From contig JBAZJU010000006.1 in the NCBI GenBank assembly GCA_041651155.1, positions 4,638 to 68,637 of the forward strand: DNA of 64,000 nucleotides, read 5' to 3'. A program made the position numbers and the translations under genes. The stretch is from Patescibacteria group bacterium. Its GTDB lineage: Bacteria; Patescibacteriota; Patescibacteriia; CAIXNZ01. The notes beneath the pieces are model-generated. The model saw only the letters and a list, made by a program, of their open reading frames with translations, was not told where the DNA came from and made no database searches. Of this stretch, positions 54,677 through 64,000 are shown one piece after another; within the stretch, counting starts at the first letter, position 1; every line of letters starts with the position of its first letter.

Positions 54677-56854
54677 TTGGACTTATTTATGGCTTTTATT
54701 ATCAGCTTAATTATTACCGTGCTTTTGGATATCCTGATCCTTTATTTGGGACTGCTGGTATTTAAAAAAAATCCTCAGGGCAAGATTAATCAAATTTTTT
54801 TCATTCTGGCTTTTGCCATTTTAAGCTGGATAGTTTTTAATTTTTTGGAAAACGAAATCAGTTATTTGCCGCTGGCCGCTTTTTTTTTAAAGCTTGATTT
54901 TTCAACCGGCCCTTTGATTGTCAGTTTTTTCCTGCTATTTGCGGTTTATTTCCCTGACCGGGCGGAAATTTTGGCAATCTGGAAAAAAATATTATTAGCC
55001 GCGGTCTGCGCTCTGTTTGCCATTTTGCCGTTTAGCAATCTGCTGCTTAATAATTTTACGATCAAAAATCGCGGCATCCGTTACGAGGAGGGGAGCCTGT
55101 ATGAAGCGTATGCAATCTTTTTGCTGGGCATGATCATGTGGGGCAGTTATATCCTAATAAAAAAATACTTGAGCTATACCGGCCAAAAAAGATTGCAAGT
55201 CATCTACGTTTTAGTAAGTTTCGGCCTAACTGGCCTGATTACCGCAGTGATAAATTTATTTTTTTCAAACAGCCTGCCGATTGAAGTCTCAAGAATCGGC
55301 ATCTATTGCTTTATTATATTTATCGGCAGTACAACTTATGCCATGGTGCGCCATCATCTGATGGATATCAGGGTGATTATCCAAAAAAGCTTGGTTTTTA
55401 CTTTTTTGCTGGTAATAATTTCTGTCCTTTACGCGCTGATAGTTTTTTCCGTTAATTTTATTGCTAAGGGTTTGTCCCTGAATTGGTTGATATTTTCCGC
55501 CGCCCTCACCGTGATTATCCTCTCTTTTACTTTGCCTGTTTTAGAAAAAAAATTCACAAAACTGACTGACAAAATTTTTTTTAAGGCTCCCATTGATTAC
55601 AAGGAGGCGCTGAAAACATTAAGCTATATTTTTGCCACGGAAATAAAACTGCCCGAACTAGTCAAAAAAACCCGGCAATTTCTGCAAAAAACATTTAAAA
55701 TTGACTTGGTCAGCTTTTATTTTTCGGCCAGCATAAAAAAATATTACCGCATTTCCTCTGCTGATAAGAATAAGATTTATTTTTTGCCTGCCAAGGGCAG
55801 TTATCTGGCTAAATATTTTACCAGCCAGTCAAGCGTTTCCAAAATTATTGCCAGAGACGATTTAGAATGGCAGGCAGCGGCGGATAAAACTAAAATCGCG
55901 CGCAAGATGATTTTAGAAATGGACGCGCTTAAAGGTGATTTAGTTATCGCGATTTTCGGCCAAAAAGAGCTTTTAGGCATAATTTGTCTGGGACATAAGC
56001 TTGATGACAATCCATATTTCAGCCAGGATATTGAGTGGTTTGACATTATTGCAAAGCAATTAGGCCTGGCGTTGGAAACTTCATTGCTTTATGAAAATTT
56101 GGAGGATTTAGTGGCGGAAAGGACAGAACAATTAAAACAGGCGAATCAAAAATTAAAGCAAATCAGCGCGGCCAAATCAGAATTCGTTTCTGTGGCCTCG
56201 CACCAGTTAAAGACTCCTTTGTCAGTCATCAGAAATATTTTTTCTTTGCTAAAAGACGGGGATTTGGGCAAAGTCACAGCGAAGCAGTCTGATTATGGGC
56301 AAAGAGGCTTTAAGCAAAGCGAGAAATTAATCAAATTAGTCAAAATGCTTTTAAATATCAGCAGGATTGAAACAGGCAGACTTAATCTTGAGCTGAGCAA
56401 AAGTAATCTTGATCCTATCATTAAAGAGCACCTGCCAATGTTTGAGACTTTAGCCAAACAAAAGAAAATACAAATTCAGTTTTCGCCGGGTTTAGACAAC
56501 AGGCTGTTTAATTTTGATAAGAATTTAATAGGCGAGGTCATAGATAATTTACTTGATAATGCAATTAAATACACGCCTCAAGGCAAGATTATAATTAAAA
56601 GCCAAAAAATCGGCAAACTGGCCAGAGTCAGCATTAGCGACACTGGCCTGGGCATCAAGCCTGACAATCTTAAGGAATTATTTCAAAGGTTTATCCGCGG
56701 CAGCGACAAAAAAAAGATCGCGATTGCCGGCACGGGCTTGGGCTTATATTTTTGCCGGCGCGTGATTGAGGTCCACAATGGCAAAATTTGGGCTGAAAGC
56801 CCTGGCCTGGACAAAGGCGCTGTTTTTATTTTTGAATTGCCCATGATCAAATAA
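54677..56854 (+). CDS. Sensor histidine kinase with ~10 TM N-terminal domain, GAF-like linker, HisKA and HATPase_c
   Basis: H-box VASHQLKTPLSVI, N box DNLLDNAIKY, G boxes DTGLGI and GTGLGL. Confidence 0.85.
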   Translation: MDLFMAFIISLIITVLLDILILYLGLLVFKKNPQGKINQIFFILAFAILSWIVFNFLENEISYLPLAAFFLKLDFSTGPLIVSFFLLFAVYFPDRAEILAIWKKILLAAVCALFAILPFSNLLLNNFTIKNRGIRYEEGSLYEAYAIFLLGMIMWGSYILIKKYLSYTGQKRLQVIYVLVSFGLTGLITAVINLFFSNSLPIEVSRIGIYCFIIFIGSTTYAMVRHHLMDIRVIIQKSLVFTFLLVIISVLYALIVFSVNFIAKGLSLNWLIFSAALTVIILSFTLPVLEKKFTKLTDKIFFKAPIDYKEALKTLSYIFATEIKLPELVKKTRQFLQKTFKIDLVSFYFSASIKKYYRISSADKNKIYFLPAKGSYLAKYFTSQSSVSKIIARDDLEWQAAADKTKIARKMILEMDALKGDLVIAIFGQKELLGIICLGHKLDDNPYFSQDIEWFDIIAKQLGLALETSLLYENLEDLVAERTEQLKQANQKLKQISAAKSEFVSVASHQLKTPLSVIRNIFSLLKDGDLGKVTAKQSDYGQRGFKQSEKLIKLVKMLLNISRIETGRLNLELSKSNLDPIIKEHLPMFETLAKQKKIQIQFSPGLDNRLFNFDKNLIGEVIDNLLDNAIKYTPQGKIIIKSQKIGKLARVSISDTGLGIKPDNLKELFQRFIRGSDKKKIAIAGTGLGLYFCRRVIEVHNGKIWAESPGLDKGAVFIFELPMIK

Positions 56855-56892
56855 ACAATTAAATATTTTTTAACAATTTAATTTTTAAATCT

Positions 56893-57279
56893 ATGAAACT
56901 GGAAGAGAAAACTATTTTAATAATTGAAGATGAGCAGGATTTGGCCGACACTTATAAATTAAAGCTAAAAAATGCGGGTTACAATGTCATTATTGCTGCT
57001 GACGGGCTAAAAGCCTTGGCAGCGGTCAAGGAAAACAAGCAGATAGATTTGATTCTTTTGGATCTTATCCTGCCCCAAAGAAGCGGGTTTTCCCTATTAA
57101 AAGATTTTAAAGAAAATCCCGAATCTGAGAAGATCCCGATTTTTATTTTGTCTAATTTGAGCCTGGAAAAGGAAATTGACCAGGGGCTGAAATTGAAAGC
57201 TGACAAATACCTGATAAAAACAGATTATACTCCGGAAAAAATCGTCAATCTGGTGAATGAATATTTTGCCGGCAAATAA
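56893..57279 (+). CDS. Response regulator, stand-alone receiver domain
   Basis: IEDEQDL, phospho-acceptor D in LILLDLILP, K in conserved position (KADKYLIK). Confidence 0.8.
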   Translation: MKLEEKTILIIEDEQDLADTYKLKLKNAGYNVIIAADGLKALAAVKENKQIDLILLDLILPQRSGFSLLKDFKENPESEKIPIFILSNLSLEKEIDQGLKLKADKYLIKTDYTPEKIVNLVNEYFAGK

Positions 57280-57342
57280 GCAGCTTAAAAATGGATTTTA
57301 AAAAAAATCGCTGTTATGGCGATTTTTTGTTATAATTAAGCC

Positions 57343-59097
57343 ATGAACAAAAGGTTTTTTATATATTTAGTATTCATAAGTTTACTGGCAGTAATTGCGC
57401 CCATTACTGTCGCTTTTTATTATTTGCCAAAATTAAGCCAGGCTGTAATTAATGTTGAGTCAACACCAAAAAGCGCGCCTGCTAAGAGCTTATCAATTGC
57501 CGGAGGCATTGTGCCGCATCATTTGGCTGCGAAGCCAATTATTGACCAGTTTTGGCAAAAAATTGGAGAACAAAAACCAGATACAATAATTTTAATTAGC
57601 CCTGATCATTTTAAAAAAGGTGAACTAAGCGAGACGCCTAAAATAATTACTGTTGGTTTGGCAGAAAGTAAATTTGGCGATTTAATAATTGCGCAGGATC
57701 TTTTGGCAAAACTTGACCCAAAAATATTTGTTTTCAATTCCGCTGATTTAGATCTGGATCATGGCATTATGGCTCATTTGGATTTTATAAAAAAGTATTT
57801 GCCCGAGGTTAAGATTTTGCCTTTTTTAGTTCCGGCTGACATTAATCAAACGCAGATCGCAGATTTTACTAAACAATTAGCTCAGCATGCAGATTCTAAG
57901 GTCGTGGTGATTGCCAGCGTTGATTTTTCCCATTATCTGCCCAGGCAGGCAGCTGATTTGCATGATGCCAAGAGTTTGGCTGCAATTGTAAATTTTGACG
58001 AGCCGCAATTCCCTAAGCTGGAAGTTGATTGCTGGCAATGCCTTTACTCAAGCTGTTTATATGCGCAATTAGAAAAAAAAGATAAGCCTGAAGTTTTAGA
58101 ACATAAAAATTCTTTAGATTTTTTAGCTCCGCTTGATCTGAATAAAACCACTTCATATTTTACTATTATTTTTAAGCAGTCTAATTTATCCATTAAAAAA
58201 ATAGGCGCTAAAACTATTTTATTTGTCGGCGATATGATGCTGGATCGCAATGTAGAGGCTTTAATGAACAAAAATAGCTTTAATTATCCCTTTGAGAAAA
58301 TTGGTCAGTTTTTTAAAGGCCTGGATTTGGTTTTTGCCAATCTGGAAGGGCCAATCGTTAAAAACCCGACCCAGTTTCCAGCTCATTCTTTGCAGTTCGC
58401 TTTTTCTCCCAAAGTAACCACAGCTTTGAACTTCAACGGCATTAATTTGGTTTCCTTAGCCAATAACCATATTTTAAATATGGGCTCTGACGGCTTAAAT
58501 CAAACTCGGGAATTTTTAAAAGACAGCAAGATAAATTTCGCAGGCGATCCCAATAGTTGCGACAAAAAGTTTGCCTATCAGAACGATTATCTGGTGATGC
58601 TGGCTTTTAATAAAACAAATTCTGCCTGCACCAGCGAAGATATTATAAAAACTATTACTGAAATTAAAGCTGAAAATAAAATCAAGTTTTTAGCAGTTTC
58701 AATTCATTGGGGCAATGAATATCAAACAAATAATACTGATTTTCAGCAGAAAGCGGGCAGGCAAATGATTGAAGCCGGTGCCGATGTGATTATTGGCCAT
58801 CATCCTCACGTGGTAGAAAATATTGAAGTTTATAAAAATAAATTAATTTTTTATTCTTTGGGAAATTTTGTTTTTGACCAGTATTTTTCCAAAAATACCC
58901 AGCAAGGCCTGGCAGTGGGCTTGGAAATTAATAATGATAAGCTTGTTTATAGATTATTTCCTTTGCAGTCTAAACTTTCTCAGCCGCAGCTAATGGAAAA
59001 ATCTGAGGCCGATAAATTTTTAGCTGATTTGGCTAATAGATCTAGTCTTGGATTAAAGGAAAAGATTAGGAATGGTATAATTAAAATGAATTTTTAA
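57343..59097 (+). CDS. Fusion protein: N-terminal MEMO1/AmmeMemoRadiSam-system-protein-B-like domain plus C-terminal CapA (poly-gamma-glutamate/capsule biosynthesis, metallophosphatase-like) domain
   Basis: GGIVPHHL and SPDHF (Memo family); FVGDMMLDRNVE, ANLEGPI, ANNHILNMG, HWGNEYQ, IIGHHPHV (CapA family). Confidence 0.6.
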   Translation: MNKRFFIYLVFISLLAVIAPITVAFYYLPKLSQAVINVESTPKSAPAKSLSIAGGIVPHHLAAKPIIDQFWQKIGEQKPDTIILISPDHFKKGELSETPKIITVGLAESKFGDLIIAQDLLAKLDPKIFVFNSADLDLDHGIMAHLDFIKKYLPEVKILPFLVPADINQTQIADFTKQLAQHADSKVVVIASVDFSHYLPRQAADLHDAKSLAAIVNFDEPQFPKLEVDCWQCLYSSCLYAQLEKKDKPEVLEHKNSLDFLAPLDLNKTTSYFTIIFKQSNLSIKKIGAKTILFVGDMMLDRNVEALMNKNSFNYPFEKIGQFFKGLDLVFANLEGPIVKNPTQFPAHSLQFAFSPKVTTALNFNGINLVSLANNHILNMGSDGLNQTREFLKDSKINFAGDPNSCDKKFAYQNDYLVMLAFNKTNSACTSEDIIKTITEIKAENKIKFLAVSIHWGNEYQTNNTDFQQKAGRQMIEAGADVIIGHHPHVVENIEVYKNKLIFYSLGNFVFDQYFSKNTQQGLAVGLEINNDKLVYRLFPLQSKLSQPQLMEKSEADKFLADLANRSSLGLKEKIRNGIIKMNF

Positions 59098-59148
59098 TTT
59101 ATAATTTATAATTTTTAAATATAAAGTTTTAATTTTTAATTATTTACT

Positions 59149-61758
59149 ATGCTTAAACAAAAAGGGATATTATTAATTATTTTGATAATTGTTATTGTTG
59201 TTTTAGCCAGTGCAGGATTGGCTATTTATTATTTAAAGATTGGCTGGCCAATTTTGAAGCAAAATGCCAATACAAATGCTACAGTAAATTTAGAGCCGAT
59301 TACTGCAAATTTGGCAGTAGCTAATAAAAATCTAATTTCCAAAGATGATTTAGAATTAAAAAAAGCAGTAATTGAGCCAAAGATTCCTAAGTACGATTTG
59401 CCATTAGAAGCTGACCAGGATATTAAAAATTATTCGGACGTGGTTAAAAAGATCGGCCTGAGTTTGGCAGCCAATGACCTTTTGCAGAAAAATGGCTTTG
59501 TGGTGATTGATACCCCTGCGGATTTTTTAGCCAAAGCCGATGATTTTGCAGATTATTATGGCCAATTAGAATCAAAAGAATTGCCTGTTTTTATCACCTC
59601 AGACAGCATGCTTCATTATTATCACATTTTTTTTGATACGACTTTAATGAAATTAGAACGAGATTTATTCTATGATGATGTCTGGCAGATGAGCCAGGAA
59701 TTATACAATGAATCGCTGGCTGTTTATAGCAATTCAACAGGCGATTTGCAGGAAGCAGCCAAGCGCAACCTGGCTTATCTAAGCGTGGCCATGGAACTTT
59801 TAAAACCAAAGCCAGACCAGGTGGCTACTGATAAAACCTTAAAAGCCGAATACTGCGAGCAATATATGGATGAGGCGACTTGCCAGATGGTCATTAAAGG
59901 CGTGAAAGAGCAGTATGGCGATAAAACCAGCTTTAAATATTTTTCCAATGAAGATGTACAAAAATATAATTTTCAAACCTCGGATATTGTCACAGATACT
60001 GTGGCTGCTGAATTAGATTTAATCAGCCGGCATGAGGGCTGGAAAAATTCGCCGCTTTTTGTTTATAAAGAAGATTACTCCCAGTATGTGCCGCGCGGAC
60101 ATTATACCAAGTCAGAAAAGCTGAAAAATTATTTCCAGGCAATGATTTGGTTTGGCCGCATGACTGATTTATTAAATGGCACTGACCAATTGCAACCAAA
60201 TGATTCAGCTTGTGATGGCCGCTGGACAGGCATTGTCTCAGACTATGATGCTAAGATTCAGACTTTGCAGGCAGAATTAATCGCCGCGAAATTTTTAGGC
60301 AGCCAGGATTTGCAAAACCATTGGCAGAGAATGTATGCTATTACTGGTTTTTTTGCCGGGTTTTCCGATGATTTAGGCCCTTATGAATATGGCCAAGCCA
60401 TTGAAGCTGTTTTGGGCAAAAATTTTTCAGTGCAGGATTTAGAAACAAAATTTACTGAGCTAAAAAATAAGCTAAATGAATTAAATTATGCGCCGAAAAT
60501 TTATAGCGGTTTGGGAGCATGTCAAATGATCATGTCTTGTCCGCCGCTTTTGGCTTCTGAAGTGCAAAATCTTAAAGTTCAGGCCAAGACTTTATTAAAT
60601 CAGACCAAAGGATTTCGGTTAATGGGGCAAAGATTTGCCCTGGACTCATATTTATTTTCTGAAATTGTTTCGCCATATTCTGGCCAGTATTCAGGTGAAA
60701 TTTCACCTTTGCCAACGCAGGAATTGCCTTTAACATTTTCTTGGGATGATCCTTTTACTGCAGCGCAAAAAAACAGGCCTTTCACCTGGGTTAAAACACA
60801 GGTAGCCGGCTGTTCAGAAGGCAGGGAGGTGAGAGGCTTTCCCACAGGCTTGGATGTTTTGGCAATCTTTGGTTCAGACCGAGCCAAAGAAGTTATCAGC
60901 CAAATAGGTGATGATAAATACAGTGATTATCAAACCAAGTTTGACCAGCTGAAAAAAGAAATTGAGGCTATGCCACAAGAGGATTGGTATAAAAATATAT
61001 ATAATAATTGGCTGTATGTTTTAAATAGTTTGCCGGTTAAATATGGCCAAGGTTATCAGTCATTTATGCAGACTGCTGCCTGGCAAGACAAAGAATTAAA
61101 TACCAGCTTGGCGTCCTGGTCTGAATTAAGGCATGATACTATTTTGTATGTTAAGCAAAGCTATACGATTGCTGAATTGGGAGCAGGGGAACCGCCTCCA
61201 ATTGTCGGCTATGTTGAACCAGTGCCAGAATTTTATGTGCGTTTATTAAATTTAACCAATCTGACTAAAAAAGGCCTGGATAAATTAGTGCCGCAGGATA
61301 CTATGGATAATTTAAAAATTGACGCGGCTTTGACAAATTTTTCCAGTATTTTAGAAAAACTTCAGACCATGTCACAAAAAGAATTGGCCAATCAGGCTTT
61401 AAGCGATCAAGAAAATGAATTCATCAGGAATTTTGGCGATTCACTGGTAAATTTAATCAGCACCTTAAGCGGCGGTGATGTTGATCCGCAGATTTTCAAA
61501 TCAGTGATGGTGGCTGATGTGCATACTGAAGGCAATGTTAAAAAAGTTCTGGAAGAAGGTGTTGGCTATATTAAAACATTGTTAGCAGCTTATAAATTGC
61601 CTGATAATCGCATCTTACTCGGAGTCGGACCGGTATTTAGCTATTATGAATTTAAACAAGACATGGATAATCGTTTAACTGATGAAGCCTGGAGGCAAAT
61701 GCTAGACAGTGATAAGCACCCAGCTTTGCCGAGTTGGACACAAAGTTTTACTGAATAA
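59149..61758 (+). CDS. Large membrane-anchored extracytoplasmic hypothetical protein (869 aa)
   Basis: N-terminal TM ILLIILIIVIVVLASAGLAIYYL; long Trp/Tyr-rich ectodomain; no family assigned. Confidence 0.6.
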   Translation: MLKQKGILLIILIIVIVVLASAGLAIYYLKIGWPILKQNANTNATVNLEPITANLAVANKNLISKDDLELKKAVIEPKIPKYDLPLEADQDIKNYSDVVKKIGLSLAANDLLQKNGFVVIDTPADFLAKADDFADYYGQLESKELPVFITSDSMLHYYHIFFDTTLMKLERDLFYDDVWQMSQELYNESLAVYSNSTGDLQEAAKRNLAYLSVAMELLKPKPDQVATDKTLKAEYCEQYMDEATCQMVIKGVKEQYGDKTSFKYFSNEDVQKYNFQTSDIVTDTVAAELDLISRHEGWKNSPLFVYKEDYSQYVPRGHYTKSEKLKNYFQAMIWFGRMTDLLNGTDQLQPNDSACDGRWTGIVSDYDAKIQTLQAELIAAKFLGSQDLQNHWQRMYAITGFFAGFSDDLGPYEYGQAIEAVLGKNFSVQDLETKFTELKNKLNELNYAPKIYSGLGACQMIMSCPPLLASEVQNLKVQAKTLLNQTKGFRLMGQRFALDSYLFSEIVSPYSGQYSGEISPLPTQELPLTFSWDDPFTAAQKNRPFTWVKTQVAGCSEGREVRGFPTGLDVLAIFGSDRAKEVISQIGDDKYSDYQTKFDQLKKEIEAMPQEDWYKNIYNNWLYVLNSLPVKYGQGYQSFMQTAAWQDKELNTSLASWSELRHDTILYVKQSYTIAELGAGEPPPIVGYVEPVPEFYVRLLNLTNLTKKGLDKLVPQDTMDNLKIDAALTNFSSILEKLQTMSQKELANQALSDQENEFIRNFGDSLVNLISTLSGGDVDPQIFKSVMVADVHTEGNVKKVLEEGVGYIKTLLAAYKLPDNRILLGVGPVFSYYEFKQDMDNRLTDEAWRQMLDSDKHPALPSWTQSFTE

Positions 61759-61836
61759 ACCTGTAACTTTTTGGCTAATTTTACGTCCTATATATAGTAG
61801 TACTCCGCAGATTACTGTGGAGTATTTACTTATTTT

Positions 61837-63597
61837 ATGAAATATAATACCAAACAAACCCTGAAAATTTATTGGCAATATGCCATGCGCTACAAAATAG
61901 CGGTTTTTTTCGTTGTTCTGACTACAATTGGCGCATCTATAATAAACGTGGTTACGCCTTTGTATTACAAGAAATTTTTTGATGTTATTTCCAGCGGACT
62001 GGATAAACAGTCACTTGGTTCTCAGCTTATAACTATAATTATTTATGTTTTAGTTTTGGATGTGGTTAGCTGGATTTGCTGGCGCGTGGCGACTTTTACT
62101 GCTTCATATTTTCAGGCTCATGTTATGGCTGACTTGTCAAATTATTGCTTTGCTTATTTACATAAGCATTCTTTTGCTTACTTTAATAATAACTTTGTTG
62201 GCTCATTAGTTAAAAGAGTAAAATGGTTTACTGCTGCTTTTGAAGATATTAGCGATAGAATAATATGGGATATAATTGTTTTAATAGTTAATTTGGTTGG
62301 AATCTTGTATGTTCTTTATACCCGTAATGCTCTTTTGGCGCTAGCCATGATTATTTGGGTGGCAATTTTTATGGTGTTTAACTGGGTATTTGTCAGATAT
62401 AAATATAAATTTGATGTGGCGAGAAATGAAGCGGAAACAGAATCAAGCGGGCTTTTGGCTGATACAATTACCAATAATGCCAATGTCAAGCTTTTTAACG
62501 GTTATAAAAAAGAACTTAAAAGCTTTGCTCTAATCACGAAAAAATTGCGCGATTTGCGCAAATTTGCCTGGTATTTAGGCGGTTATTTTGAATCAGCGCA
62601 AGGCGCCATGGGCGTAATTTTGGATTTTGTCATTTTTTATATTGCCATAAAATTGTGGCAGAAAAATTTGTTGACTATTGGCGATTTTGTCCTGATCCAG
62701 GCTTATATTATAAATATTATCAGCCGTGTTTGGGGTTTTGGCCGAATGATTCAAAAAGTTTATGAAAAGTTGTCAGACGCTGAAGAAATGACGGTGGTCT
62801 TAACTACGCCTCATGAGATTCAGGATATCCCGGAGGCTAAGGATCTAATTGTTAAACAAGGCAAAATAGAATTTCAAAATGTTAATTTTAATTATCACCA
62901 GACTCGCAAGGTCTTGTCTAATTTTAATTTAACAATTATGCCCGGTGAAAAAATCGCTTTGGTCGGGCCTTCAGGCGCTGGCAAAACCACCATCGCCAGA
63001 GTGCTATTGCGCATGTATGATTTGACCAGCGGCAAGATTTTGATTGATGGGCAAAATATTGCCAAGGTGACCCAGGAAAGTTTGTGGCGCAACATCAGCA
63101 AAGTGCCGCAAGACCCGATTTTGTTTCATCGCAGTTTAATGGAAAATATCCGTTATGGAAATTTTAAGGCTACGGACAAAGAAGTTATTCAGGCATCTAA
63201 ATTAGCCTATTGTCATGAATTTATCAGCAAACTCTCAGACGGTTATAGTACTTTTGTCGGCGAACGGGGGATTAAGCTTTCGGGCGGAGAACGCCAGCGC
63301 GTAGCAATTGCGCGGGCGATTTTGCACAATACGCCGATTTTAATCCTGGATGAAGCAACTTCCAGCTTGGATTCTGAATCTGAAATGCTGATTCAAAAAG
63401 CTTTGGATGAATTAATGAAAGATAAAACCGTGATTGCTATTGCTCATCGCTTGTCCACGATTAGAAAAATGGACAGGATTATTGTGATTGGTGAAAAGGG
63501 GATAATTGAAGAGGGGACTCATGAATCTTTAATTGCGCAAAAAGAAGGACTCTATAAAAAACTTTGGGGATTGCAGGCCGGTGGGTTTATACAATGA
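61837..63597 (+). CDS. ABC transporter, fused permease/ATP-binding protein (MsbA-type exporter)
   Basis: 6-TM domain then Walker A GPSGAGKTT, LSGGERQRVAIARA, Walker B ILILDEATS, H-loop IAHRL. Confidence 0.9.
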   Translation: MKYNTKQTLKIYWQYAMRYKIAVFFVVLTTIGASIINVVTPLYYKKFFDVISSGLDKQSLGSQLITIIIYVLVLDVVSWICWRVATFTASYFQAHVMADLSNYCFAYLHKHSFAYFNNNFVGSLVKRVKWFTAAFEDISDRIIWDIIVLIVNLVGILYVLYTRNALLALAMIIWVAIFMVFNWVFVRYKYKFDVARNEAETESSGLLADTITNNANVKLFNGYKKELKSFALITKKLRDLRKFAWYLGGYFESAQGAMGVILDFVIFYIAIKLWQKNLLTIGDFVLIQAYIINIISRVWGFGRMIQKVYEKLSDAEEMTVVLTTPHEIQDIPEAKDLIVKQGKIEFQNVNFNYHQTRKVLSNFNLTIMPGEKIALVGPSGAGKTTIARVLLRMYDLTSGKILIDGQNIAKVTQESLWRNISKVPQDPILFHRSLMENIRYGNFKATDKEVIQASKLAYCHEFISKLSDGYSTFVGERGIKLSGGERQRVAIARAILHNTPILILDEATSSLDSESEMLIQKALDELMKDKTVIAIAHRLSTIRKMDRIIVIGEKGIIEEGTHESLIAQKEGLYKKLWGLQAGGFIQ

Positions 63598-63760
63598 GAA
63601 TAAATTTAACGATGGAAAAACTTTTAAAGAATATTTGGTAAAACTGTGGTAATAAAGTGGTAAAAAGTAGTAAGACATTGTTTTACAACTGTCTTACTAT
63701 CGTCTTCCAGCCATTACATTTCTATTTATGCTTTGAGCTAAAATTTGGAAATAAAAAAAA

Positions 63761-63815
63761 GCGGCCTGCACTCCGTAGCTTTAACGAAGGATGTGGCCGC
63801 TTGTTTTGTTTGTTT
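63761..63815. terminator. Bidirectional rho-independent terminator candidate (A8-gcggcc...ggccgc-ttgttttgtttgttt)
   Basis: Stem gcggcctgcactccgtagctttaacgaaggatgtggccgc flanked by A-run and T-rich run. Confidence 0.5.
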
Positions 63816-64000
63816 ATCCTCTAATCCGAAAGGAGTTTACGATAATCCGACCCATTTTTGAATCGGAAAATTTCAATTTTAAATTCTCCGTGGTCAAGTT
63901 CCTTTCTTACAACTGCAATATTTTTGAGGAAAGAATCTTTCCCCAAGGAAGGCGAAAATCTCTTAATGACAGCCTTCAATGACGTTAGCAAATAATCTTC

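Noticed and set aside
63791-63982. 63-aa + strand ORF at the window end
   Set aside because: No SD, odd composition, and it lies after a bidirectional terminator. More likely it is the 3' end of a minus-strand gene continuing beyond the window, or noncoding.
1-64000. Search for CRISPR arrays and rRNA genes
   Set aside because: No regularly spaced 25-40-bp direct repeats with unique spacers and no rRNA-like conserved stretches are visible. The only tandem repeat is the 9-bp coding repeat at 23726-23789.

Overview
This is a low-GC (~33-36%) bacterial chromosome segment using the standard genetic code (TGA/TAA/TAG all act as stops). Its gene content and style are those of a small-genome Patescibacteria/CPR-like organism: many Cys-rich secreted proteins, short intergenic repeats and a four-helix-bundle protein.

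Housekeeping backbone:
- An ABC exporter: one ATPase tail followed by two FtsX/MacB permeases.
- An HrcA-regulated heat-shock locus with a recognisable CIRCE operator (hrcA-grpE-dnaK). It is split from dnaJ by about 7.3 kb of AT-rich accessory genes: a Cys-rich surface repeat protein, a cytoplasmic trypsin-like protease, a ferredoxin, a DinD/Bro-N-like protein and lipoproteins.
- cysS, a tRNA-dihydrouridine synthase, corA, an ECF sigma/anti-sigma pair, dnaX, tRNA-Gln, a two-component system, an MsbA-like ABC exporter, and a Memo-like/CapA fusion.

Most unusual region, 21.7-32.2 kb:
- A large radical SAM/SPASM peptide-maturase-like gene.
- A secreted Cys/Gly-rich protein ending in seven His-Gly-Ser repeats, encoded by a 9-bp tandem DNA repeat (His-Xaa-Ser style).
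- A Cys-rich membrane protein.
- Six consecutive paralogous ~300-aa twitch/partial-SPASM radical SAM enzymes.
- A prepilin-peptidase (A24)-like membrane protease fused to a long C-terminal domain.
- I read this as a candidate multi-enzyme radical-SAM protein/peptide modification system of a type I cannot match to a described one.

Second candidate RiPP-like island, next to tRNA-Gln at 45.7-49.2 kb:
- An APH-fold kinase and a methyltransferase.
- On the opposite strand, an RRE-containing radical SAM/SPASM enzyme.
- Immediately upstream of it, an unannotated 30-aa ORF (SD-ATG, followed by a hairpin) that the six-frame track places in the wrong frame.

Other observations:
- Several intergenic repeat families. 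One is a ~110-nt hairpin element with compensatory stem changes, one copy of which sits inside the radical SAM array.
- A GC-rich foreign-looking gene bracketed by ~75-bp direct repeats.
- A membrane-anchored PD-(D/E)xK (DUF3883-like) nuclease.
- A TM plus VirD4/HerA-like ATPase.

All calls rest on motif recognition by eye. No database search was possible.
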